This document shows, in pieces, positions 12,201-24,200 of a stretch of 64,000 nucleotides of DNA. The notes under the pieces are model-generated. The model ran no database searches, was not told the origin of the DNA, and was given only the letters and a program-made list of their open reading frames with translations. Position 1 is the first letter of the stretch. The number at the start of each line of letters is the position of its first letter. Position numbers and translations under genes: made by a program. The stretch covers positions 38,342 to 102,341 of the forward strand of contig NMRA01000657.1 in the NCBI GenBank assembly GCA_002633005.1. Direction: 5' to 3'. This DNA is from Phoronis australis. Lineage: Eukaryota > Animalia > Phoronida.

Positions 12201-15200
12201 TAATAGGAAATCCTGAGCTAATTGGGTCGCTTTCTGAGAACTTGAAGACCGACAATGACTGTCCTACAACACAAGAATTTTTGTGTTGTTATTCAAAGAA
12301 ACCAATCTATCCTTGATTCGACAGATTAAGCGACTTTCGGAGCATACAACTACAACTGATAGAAATAGGAATCAATTCCAAGTAACCCACTTTCATTGCC
12401 AGTACCGCCGCCACCATCACATAGATTGCAGGTCTTGGTACAATTCTCCGCCATGTACTCCATATGCTCCTCATCTGTACAGTAGCCTTTTGCTGCTAAA
12501 TCCTCACAGTCTGCACTGCTGTCCGTGCAATCTGCGCAAATGAAATTGGCTAATAAGACATTGTTCCTTACGACATTGATCAATTAAGAGAAAGTATTTT
12601 GTACCAATTGCTAAATTAACAAGGTCTATCCAAAATACTATATTGTGAATTTCATTTACGGTATGCCTGGAGGAAGTTACGTGCGTTTTGCTAAAAATCG
12701 TAAGTTCGTCCTTAGAGTCAGACAATGCATTATTTTTATTAATGAGATATTCCGAGAACAATTCGTCATCAAGCTCTATGCGTGTAGTCCAGAAATGCCA
12801 GCTTCAGTTAATTATGGAAGATAATGACCCGATTTTGTCGGATCGAGTGGCGGTTCGTACTCATCAGTAAAAAACTATCTAGTTTAGACGACGGAATAAA
12901 AACGAACTAATGGTGGCTAAGTACAAGAACGTTTTGAGTAAGGCATGTAGGTTGTACGCAAATGAGGCGGAAATTTGATGAAATAAATGGGGGAACCTTC
13001 AGCACTACCAGGGAATTGGGATCACTACCGCCATCACAGAGATCGCAGGTTTTGGTGCAATTCTCCGCCATGAACTCCTTGTGTAGATCATTTGTACAGT
13101 AGCCTTTTGATGTCAAATTTTCAGTCTGTGCTGCTGTCCGTGCAATCTTCATAATAGAAAATTTTTAAATGAAAATTGTCGATTACAACATTTCATAAAC
13201 GAACATGTACTGTAACTATCGTTCGTGCATAAGTTCGATACAAAAACCTTAATAATTTTGATTTCATTGTGGAATGTTGAGTGAAAACGCGTCCTTCATT
13301 AAAAACCAAAAATTACTGCTCTAGCATTACGATATTCGTAAATTGGAAGTCTAACCTGATTAACGCAACCTTACCCTCTACCTTTAGCGTAAACTATAAC
13401 TTATAATTACCCATAGAACTTGCAAAGCGTAATCCGACAATCGAGTTGTATTTGCATAGCTAATTTTGAGGGAAGTAACTCACTTTCATCGCCGCCACCG
13501 CCGCCGCCATCACAGAGGTCGCAAGTTTTGGTACAATTTTCAGCCATGTACTCCTTGTATTCCTCATTTGTACAGTATCCTTTTGCTGCCAATTCCTCAC
13601 AATCTGTATTGCTGTCCGTGCAATCTGTGTAAAAGAAATGGGTTGACTGAAAACTGTTTCTGACGACGGTTCACTAATAAAGCGAACATATTGTAAAGTG
13701 AATATTAAAGATCCACACTCAGCGATGCTTCGACAAAAATATTTTGATCTCGAAAAAGCGCACTCCTCAGATGAATTGCAATAATGCGCGAAGTGCTTGT
13801 TTTTTGCTGCCCTGCGAAGTTTCCATGGTAGTCATGTGCCTCCCTTTTCTCCGAGAATATAAACACTTCCTCAATTGATTTTGGATTTTAAATATTAGAC
13901 AAAACTTATTTTAAAACGAGACGTTTAACCAAGAACCAAGAATCCGTGTCTCCACATTCCTGATATTTCCACCATTGCTGATGCCGTGGCCCGGATGGAT
14001 GTCAACTGCCAAGATGCAAGAATGAACTTCTTCCGAAGGAGAGCCATCAAAGGGCAAATCACACAGGCTGTGAAGGCCTATCATAACCTCATGGAACAAG
14101 ATGAAGACACACCGGATGCAACACTACAACTCGCGAAATACATCGATGATCTGGAAAGATCAAAACAGTAACCGAACTCTTCACCAACTACGCCCAATAC
14201 GTCGACCCAGACCAACTAGATAATTATGCAGAAGACATGCAGTCTTACCTGGATGAAGTGGAAAATCAGCTTCGGAACATGAGATTCCACAGCAAGACGA
14301 ATACATGTCGCAGCACACATACAAGTGAGTCAAATATCTGGAAAACAACTCCAACACCGACCAAAGCCCTGCCCAAGACGACGATCAACCTCCCAAAACT
14401 GCATCTACCTGTATTCTATGGAGACCAACTGAAATGGTTGGAATTCTACCATTCATTTGAAGCTGTTATTCATAAAGATGCCACCCTTGCCCCCATCCAG
14501 AAACTTCAATATTTACGCGCTCAACTCTCTGGTGACGCCGCCAAAGTCATAGAAGCTCTGCCACTATCAAACGATTCCTATGAAGACGCCTTGAAACAAC
14601 TGAATGACAGGTATTGTAACACTGAAGGTTTAGTAACTCATTACACTACAGCATTGCTGAACATCCTTCCCCCTCATCCGATGTGGCAAACTTACGTCAA
14701 TTCCAAAACAGTGTTAACACGTGCCTACAAGGTTTGAGAATATAGGACAAGTCCCCGCCCAAGACCATGTGCTTGTGACCATCATACGCCAAAAGATAAA
14801 AAAGATTAAATCGTGACCATGTCGGAGAAAAATAGTCCGTCCAACAACTGATGAATGCCCTCGACAAGGAGATCAAGGCTAACCAAACTATAAATTTTAC
14901 AGCTACTGATGAAAGTACATATTTTCATACAACTTCTTCCTTTTATACGGGGAATCGTCCAAGGCCAACTTATGGCTCAACTCCAAGTGGCAATAGACGC
15001 CTCCCTCAGCCGAGGTACACTCCACTGAAGTATTCCAACCCGAGGAACAACACCCACCAGAACCCACAACATAGACAGCCGCCTCAGCGTTCTCCCAGAT
15101 GTATTTTTTGACCAAGGTCTCACTGCTAATCAGTGTACATCCGTGACCGATGTCAAAAAACGAGTGTTGATTCCCGGCAGTGCCCCGTCGCCACCCCCGA

Positions 15201-18200
15201 GAAGTGGGTTTTTGAAGCGAGAAGCCTCGCGAGCTGTGGCCAGTACAGTGACTGGAGCCAGTGGAGGCACTTCATCTACTGTCACCCGTACCTCCGATCG
15301 TACCCTAGAGAGTGCCATTCCTGGAACCAGTAGTGATTCTCCCTGTGCTGTTTTCTCCAGCCCAGAGCCTTTAAGCAGCCTTGCAGCGATATTGAGTAGT
15401 GGGAGTGATTACAGGCCCAGTTCGACACCCAGTGAAGAGGACAGTTCGTCGTCCAGTGAACAGATCGAGCCAAACTTTGCTAAGTTTATTGTTGACTTGT
15501 CTAAAGTGTTGGAGCTATTTAGAAGGTGCCAGGTGTGTGACGAGGGAATCACACGACACGATGTAAGCAGTTCAGGTCACCATAAGGCCAGTGGGAGTGT
15601 GTCGCAGGACACTCTGGCAAGTTGGACAGTTGTTCCTCTGTCCGTGGTATGCCGGAGGTCCACTTAACCGTGTTCAGTAGTGGATTGGCCTCGTCGAACT
15701 CTGAACAGCCCAACATTCCATTGAGGTAGTCATAACAACGCACACAGTGCATTTGCACCAAGATGTGTCACCACGTCTGTCCTCAGTAGCCGCCTCGTTT
15801 CTCTCAACAGCTGCCTGTGCCTGTGCGTATTCTGCCTCGTTATACTAGGGCTCAAACATGAACCCACCCACTGAATGTCCGTGAAAAAATTCCTCGTCAC
15901 TACTGCTGTGAACAAGGTCTCCGTCGCTCACACTACTGTCACTGTGATACGGGTCACCGACTCCAGCCATTTTCAGCTTACAACACACTAAACAATCCCT
16001 AAATCCAACGTAGTTGAGTTCTCTACTAACCTATCTTGCCGCAGAATACTCGCCGATGGAAAGTGGTGGCGACAATTGTTGAAAACAGCACAAAACAAAA
16101 GTAGAATAAAACAGATTCGCACGGTAAACTCAACGCAAAACCAAGAGGCGGGAAACGCTTGCCTCCTAAAACGTCACTTCCGGAATAAGAGGACGAGTAA
16201 TTAATAAAATTGCGAAAAGCTGTAATTAAGTGGAAAATATGTCTAGGATAACCAACCAACCTTATTTTAGCTCAAAATGACATGAAAAAGGGTTGCCTTC
16301 GCCTTTAATAAACCTTGTGTGTCAGTAGAAACTCAACCACTGTGTTAGTTTTTATTCTGCTCTCCATCGACTCGCTGTTGCTACCTTGTTTGCCAAGTAT
16401 ATACCATTCAACCAAGAACCGCCTAACAAAGTTGCAAGAGACCACCGCTACAGGTACATGTATCTTACTTTTCCTTGTCTAATATTTTCGCAATATGTCT
16501 GGAAAGTGACTGAATTTTACTTAATTATTGTTACCGTGTATGTTTGTTGTACTTTTAAATTGTTATCTCCCTGTTAAACACTCTAAGCCCAGTGGAAAAG
16601 GCGTGTTTGTTATTCAACAGTTCCGGAATGAAACTCAGTTACGACTTAACGGCAAATCTGAACTGGCGTTCATTATAAGTGAGGATTTATATGAACTTCG
16701 TGCCTACGGATTTCGTTCGGATTAACTTGTAGGCACTGACCGTTTCATTAATTTTGTTTTCACCATCTAAAAAGGGTTAAAAATGTGCGCTACTTTGTCT
16801 TTAAGTTTTATTCTAAAATACTTTGTGACTTTCATTTCAGGAATAATGACAGAAAGGTAAGAGTTTTACTAAAAATGAACAGTTCGCCATTAACTTTAAA
16901 CACACATGACTCAGTATTATCACATTTTTATAAATGAAACCTTTACAAGACAAAAATATAATGGTGTGGTATGACATTACCATAAGCAACGACTTATGTG
17001 TTATGTTCGTGGTTTTCATTAAACTTGCATAGTCTAAAACATAACCTTATATGGCACTGGTAGCTAGAATCATAGATTGTGTAAGTTGTGCAAAACAATT
17101 CTCTGAAATCTGATTATGACTCATGAGCATATGATCTTTAGTTCTGACAAACAAGTTTTCAGTTGAGAGTTAGACAGCACAGTGAATAGATGTATCTTGT
17201 AGATCTCTAGAATAAACCCACGTAAAACCGTAACACAGAGTTGTGTTTGAAAGAGGTTTTCATACATTATGTACACACAAAGAATTGCAAGGGTTATCAA
17301 AAAACGGGATAGAAACATATTTTGAGGTGCACTTCAAGAGTGTTTTCGACCAAAAATTCACAATCCAAGCTTAATTAAACTTCAAACAGCACTGCTCTAG
17401 TGTTAAGATATTTGTAAGAAGGAAACCTACCCTGTGACATTAGTACAAGAAAAAAATCGTGAACTCCCAAAAAAACCTTCAAAGGGTAAGAAACACGAAT
17501 TAGAAACGTGATTTTCCGTAGACTTGAAGATGTTTTGTGGATCTCAGTTGCAAAGTTGCGTGTGAGATACATCTTACAGGCGCAAATTGCATGAATCTTT
17601 ACACCATTGTGGTCTGTCTTAATTCCCAAGTTTTAAGAAATGAGCACACTTTGGTCCTAGGAGAGATCCTAATTTCTGTTTTTCCCAATGCTGAGCATGC
17701 AGGGATTACATGTATTTTGCTTAATGGAAAAAATGTCAGTGAGGATACAAGGAGATCATCGGTGGCGGGAGTTGATAGTAAAAAACGGGCGACAAAGCAA
17801 TGACTACCAAAAAAAAACATGTATCTTTCAGATCGACAGGACACACCATCAAACCAATGCTGTTTTTCAAAACACCTTTGCTAAAATTACTCACCAAATT
17901 GTTAGCGCATGATCTTAAGAAATGCCAGCTTCGAGTTAATAAAAACGATAACTCTTCGATTTCATAGGATTAGGTGACGGTTTGTTTTCAATAATGTCGT
18001 GCAGTTTCTAGTTACGAAAACACAAATGAAAGAATCAACTAATGCCTGATTACTACAGGAAATTCTGCTCAAGCCACCAGGAAGTGCAGATGGAGACATT
18101 CGTGAGATCCTGGTACACCAGCGTAATACCGACGTTCAGTTAGTGACGTACATTGTACATGCAGACCGACACTGACAGAAGAGTCTACCACTGAGATGAC

Positions 18201-21200
18201 GTATTAAGCAATAATACATTACTCATAATGAACGACAAATTAATCAATTCTAAGTAACCTACTTTCTTCGCCACCACCGCCGCCGCCATCACAGAGGTCG
18301 CAGGTTTTGGTACAATTCTCCGCCATGTATTCTTTGTATTGTTCATCTGTACAGTAGCCTTTTGCAGCCAAATCCTCACAGTCTGTGCTGCTGTCTGTGC
18401 AATCTGCATAATAGAAAGAAATTGATTGAACAATTTCCTGACGATAATTCACTAATAAAGCTAGTGTAATATACACTGCCAGTAATTCGCTAAAAGCGTA
18501 GGTCAGTCTTGCCCTTTAGCAGATTTTGAAAGTAGTTTTCAAATATTCCTCCAAACTTCTGAGGGTTTCCGAGGGTAACAGAACATTTTTTGTTTCAGAG
18601 AACTGGACAGGAAAGCCGAATAGGCCAAAACCGGGTTTTGTAATCATTTTAAAATTACCGATCTAATATTAAGATACATGAAAAAGGTAAACCAAAGCCA
18701 GACACAAACCCAATACTACATCATGACAATAAGGTAAGCACCAACTGATGAATCCACATAGAATCCATAAAGGTTACCATGACGACAGGTCTAGAAATGT
18801 ACTTATAGTAGATTTGCCGACTTTTGTGGATACCAAGCGCAAATCAGACTGTAAAAAATCTCACTGTCTCCATGCTGCAATGGTATGCGTGTCTAGCAAT
18901 AACTTTACGGCGGCGACACACCATAAGCTGCATACTATAGCGGATTTGCAGGGACGCCATATTGAAATTAGGTTAAAATGGTGCAATGTGGATGCTGTGG
19001 TCAGGATTCCGAAAGCGGCCACATTAACAAGCATAATACGCGGTATGTGCGCGAAGAAAACTTACGGCGGATACACTTGTTGTGTTCCTGGCTGCTTCAA
19101 AAACAACAAGAGAGATAAATATCTGAGCTTTTATGTGTTCCCTGCAAACCAAGAACTTCGTGAACAATGCATAAACAACATTAGGAGAGCTGGGAGTAAG
19201 GGGCGCATTCAAACCAACGCGGGGCCATCTAGTAGGCAACATTAGCCCCTCGGTTGGCCATATAAGGGATACAATACTTCCATTCGCTTTCTGTACTCAT
19301 TTCGTTACTTCAGTGTATTTTAAACGGGCCGTGGCCGGATTTGGGTTACCGATTTCGAGTTTTCACCTCGTCAAAAATACATTCTACACTTAAAACTATC
19401 ATTTAAAAAAACGCTTACTTTCATCATTGGTCCTTTCTACTTCTATACATACCTTGATGAAGCTTAGTTGTAAGAATTAAGTTGACTTTGGCGAAGAATT
19501 ACAACTCCTTTTTTTTGTTGCCGTTAATTTTATCACAGCGTGCGCGATAACCACAAAGCATGTCAACTGAATCACGTGAGTTAAGCAAAGGTTAGCGCGA
19601 GACTGAGCGAAGCGCGTGACGCTAGCGCGTGACACTTGTATAATAGCATGAGAAGGTATCGTGAGGATGTGCTATCGCGATGTAATTGCCTAAGGGCCAT
19701 CCGTGTGTGCAGCGAACATTTTCCTGGTGGAAAAAAGAAGTATGAGAACAACATTCCAACTGAGTTTCCTCTTAAAATTAACGTCTCTAGCATATCCACG
19801 GCGAAAGCTACAAAAGTTAAGCAACCCAGGAACTCTCAACTTGTCTGAAACCGGAGGAAATTTCGAAATCAACGCCAATAGCCCCAATACTGAACATGAC
19901 GGCAATCGTGCCCTCGGTCACGCGGTCACTGATAATAGATACGCTGTGTTTACAAACGAGAAAAATGAAACATGGTTTTTAGTTTGCAAATCACTCCAAA
20001 TGCACACACTATCTAGCCTCCTCAAAACATGCCTGACCACAAGCTATCCCATGAGCCTTCGCGCAGGAAGTAACTCGCACATGCGCAATGCGTAGTTCGT
20101 TTGCGTTGCAAATCCGCTTAAATGGCAGGTCGTAGTGTGCACCTGGTCGACGGAGTGACGGGCGCTGTAAGTGTGCCGCATTTACGAAAGACGACAAGAA
20201 AACGAAACCTAAAGAAAATCAGAGCACTTAAACTTTTGTCGCGCTTGTCGGCATCACTTGTTCATTAATCTTATATTTTTTCACCGTTTATCTTTAAGTG
20301 TTAGCGACTCTTTGTTTGGTGACATTTTCTAATCACATATCTGAAGAGATAATGATTAGGTAATTTAGATAGAAATAAAGTTTAGGTCATTAAATTGGAT
20401 GCGTTCCATGAAACAATCTTTGTTAATTTTCAACTATGCAAAAATACCTTGTAATTTACTCAAAGCTATTATATCAGGAATTTGAAGTACAAACTACAGA
20501 GGAAAAAACTCGGGCGATTGGACGAAGACCACAAGTGTGCTGAATATTTCGGAACTTAGGTAAGACTATTGGTTGTAGCCAAGAGCTAAATCAATTACAT
20601 GTATTACAGCGTCAAGCGATCAAGCAGGCACTTTTGCAGTGATCAATGATTGAGAATGGAACAATTTTAGCCCCAAAATTTCGGATCTCGTCGCCTCTCT
20701 TCACAGCAATTTCTCATCTACGACACATGAAACTTCCCCCACTCGAGGTCACGGTTTCATTGAACATGTTTTAAGAAGGGGGGCACGTGTTGCTCCGACG
20801 TGCACCCCTTATTTCTTTGTTGACGCAAACTGCACAAACAGCTTATAGTCGCCTTAATATATACACCGGCGCTGAGGGTACTAATACGTAACTGGTGGCA
20901 TGAAACGACACCGGTAAGCCGATTACTGCCAGAAACATATCTTTCCGGTCAAGACGAATATAGTCAAATAAATACTGTTCAGCGACCAGAATTCGAGAGC
21001 CATTTACCACAAAACTGCTAGCGAATTGTCCGGAAAAATCCTAAAGTAGGAATATAAATCAATGCTTCATACAAGGTACTTATCGGTGACGGAAAAACAT
21101 CTAAGTTACGGGTGATTAACACATAGAAAATCTGAATGAAACATCTAAGAATTTCACAATGTGTGCATGTACACGAATTAAACGGGGATATGCATTGATG

Positions 21201-24200
21201 AGATACTGCTGCAGGAGCGCAGAAAGCGTTTTCACTGGGTGACGTAAAGAGAGCGTGGAGACCAATACTGGATCTGAACAGTGATTTAGGGTTCAAACAC
21301 AAAGGCAATGTTGGTAATATTGAAATAGAACTATCCATCCCAGAGCTGACACGTTATGTGACTTTTTATTACTAAATTTAAACAAAACTAAGAATCAATT
21401 CTAAGTAACCCACTTTCATCGCCTCCGTCTTCACATAGATTGCAGGACTTGGTACAGTTCTCCGCCATGTACTCCTTGTACGGTTCACTTGTACAGTATC
21501 CTTCTGCTGCCCATTTTTCACATACTGGGCTGTTGTCCGTGCAGTCTGCGTATGAAAAAAAGGTTTACTGAAAAATGCTAACGATGCCCTTTTCAAGGTT
21601 TTAGTCCGTGTGTAATACCTTTATCAAATCTAAAGAAGTACTTGGAAATAGCAGAGGAATTTTTGTATTTTAAACACAAGGAATGATTTTGTGGTTCCTG
21701 AACACGTGATGTCATCAGTGGAAGACGTATGACAGTATAGATGCAAAAGCAGACAGTAGTGATTTTTTAAGTTACAGAAAGTTAATGAGCAAGGTTCGCG
21801 AGTATTATGAAGACAGGTGTTGAGATGGGGGCAAAGACGACACTTAAATGAAACAGGTAGAGTTAGACCTCGTCATGTTAGCAGATTTCGCGTGTTTGAG
21901 GCCGTACGAACTCGACCCTCCCACACTGGCGTCTTCCGCGAGTGAAGTGTTCAGACCGGTAAGAAAAGCCTTTCTAGTGAATCTCGACTTAATTTTAGAT
22001 TAAGATAAGTGTCGAGTAGTATGTGTCTCGAACTGTTAGTCCAACTGAATTTATTATACCCTGACTGTTAAACTCCAGTCGTGAACTGCTGACACTGATT
22101 TCATTTCTTCGAATATGGATGTTGACTGTATTTTATTTCTTGTAAGTGCCAATTCGTTTATGTCTTGCCTGTTCCAAAATTATGAAAGGTTTGTACCATT
22201 GATATTCTTCTATTACTTCGGTCCAGTGTCCGACTCCAGGGTCTGTTGCAGCTCCGTCGTGACCTCAATCTTTTGCGTGACATATACAATCTCATTTTTG
22301 CTATTGGGCATTGACAAACATGTTGACAGCAGCAAATCATTTCCACAAAATCTCGAACAAGAACTTACTGCAATCACGTTCACTTTTATAGTCACAATTT
22401 GATGCTAAGGCTTGTGCTCCAGATGTGCCTGACAACTACGTTCCCATCAATGGCATAACACAATACACTTTTCCTTCTTAAAATGCATTTACACGTTGGA
22501 GAAACCTTCATCAGATCTATGTTTCTGGGCACAGCTAGCTTCTATCGTGTACTGCCATTCCCGTGTCTCACGCACGAACCTGCGCCATTTCTGGGAGATC
22601 TCAGGTTTTTGGAATCGCACAAATTGTAATTGTCGGCTGATTGCCATTACTGCATCATCCGCACATTCAACTTTTCATATTATTTCGGCTCGCGGATGGT
22701 GCAGAACAACACAGTGGCAGAGACTGGATATTCTGATGACGTGAAACAATCTTTGCGTTTATTACTTGATTAAATGTACACAGATTGAAGGAGAAATTCC
22801 TAAAATATTTTATTAAACTTATTGGTAATCGAAATCAAGCATTTATGACCATGGTGTGAACTGCTTAACCACTAAGGCGATCGCATCGTGCATTCAATTT
22901 CTTGCCAAAAATCCTAACAATAATTTTCATTTTGGGATGTGCTGAGAAGTTAGGTGCAGTTTATTGAATTCTACATTTCACACTTAATTGACTTCAAATA
23001 TTACTAATCCAGATTTCTTGTAAAAAATTATCATAAACGGGATAAAGACGCAATATTACTCTGTGATATTGTCATAACCAATGTCTTCTGGAAACACGTA
23101 ATACTCGTAAGGTTAATCTGGCAGCAGGAGCAAGAAACGCTTTTTGTAGAAGACTTGCAGATGCTTGATGGTTCAAAATCCTAAGTACATGTGTTAGTGT
23201 AAGATACGTGATTCAGGCACCTACAATATACTCCTACTGGAGAATCAGTGTCGCAGGCGCGTGGGTGCTCACTGAGCCTCTTCGACATTCACAAAAAATG
23301 ACAAGAAAATGAATCCTATAGAAACTCTTAGCGATGTCAATATCACCGTGTAGTTTCATTCTCGGCATTCACTTTGACGATAAAAATTGGCAAAAATGAA
23401 TTTCAAATTAGGGAAGGAAAGATGCATGTCAACAAGTGTGCTGAACGCTTACGGAACATGATTAAAGACAGCATCCAGCGTCTAAAACACCTTTTTGACA
23501 TCAGAAATGTATATTGTTTCTCCTTCTTACGTACCACAGAAAGTAAGTAATTGCGCGGCAAATTACACCGCTCATAATTCGTAGCCCTTTCGAAGGCCCC
23601 AGAAAAAAATCTCAACAAATCAGGGTAAAGTGGTTCAGATGACATCACCGTGCCCTCGAAATTACTCGGAAGCCAAACTGCGTAACAGCTGAGTGCCAAT
23701 GGATGTTCTGTACTTGTCGACTGCTGGGCTTAAATGCCACGTTGCGTGTTGTACGTGTGTACCATTGTCAGCGGTAATGGCATACATTTGCACAACTTCT
23801 CCACCGATCCCGCCGTGTACCATGCGTGGAGATGATTCGTATCCACAAGGACTTCGACAAAATTCCCGATCAGCAAGATCTGTGCTAGAGTAAGTACAAA
23901 GATGTACACAAAATCTACAGCGTGGCACCGATGTAGGTAGAAATGACTGAAAAAATGACACAAAAGTAGTGTCATTAAAAGCTACCCGTTCTTCTTTGAG
24001 TAAACCAAATTTGTTTTAACGAATGTGGCATAAACTTCGATTGGTGCAAGCGCCATCTCAATTTTTTGTTTGGCGCTAAATGGGGCTACTGTATTATAAA
24101 AGGCATACTTGATAAAGGACTGGGATATGCTATGACACCATATGTTGGTACTTTTCATGAAGATACGTATTTTAGATATAAAAATAGTCATTTTGGCACG

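Larger units (their letters stand above)
1706..12531. repeat. Higher-order tandem repeat, unit ~2.35 kb (exon + long intron + exon + short intron), ~4.5 units
   Basis: Exon-to-exon spacings are 1274, 1087, 1271, 1082, 1277, 1080, 1269, 1083, 1262 bp; alternate introns are near-identical by eye. Confidence 0.95.

Noticed and set aside
1706-12531. Regularly spaced repeats suggesting a CRISPR-like or recombination cassette array
   Set aside because: The intervening sequences are homologous ~1-kb introns rather than unique spacers; no cas or recombinase genes; eukaryotic context.
3941-13663. Repeated plus-strand ORFs such as MAVLKHMNCC...HHRRRHRIGCRFWCNSPPC
   Set aside because: They are antisense shadows of the ShK exons plus duplicated intron; splice signals and Cys spacing support the minus strand.
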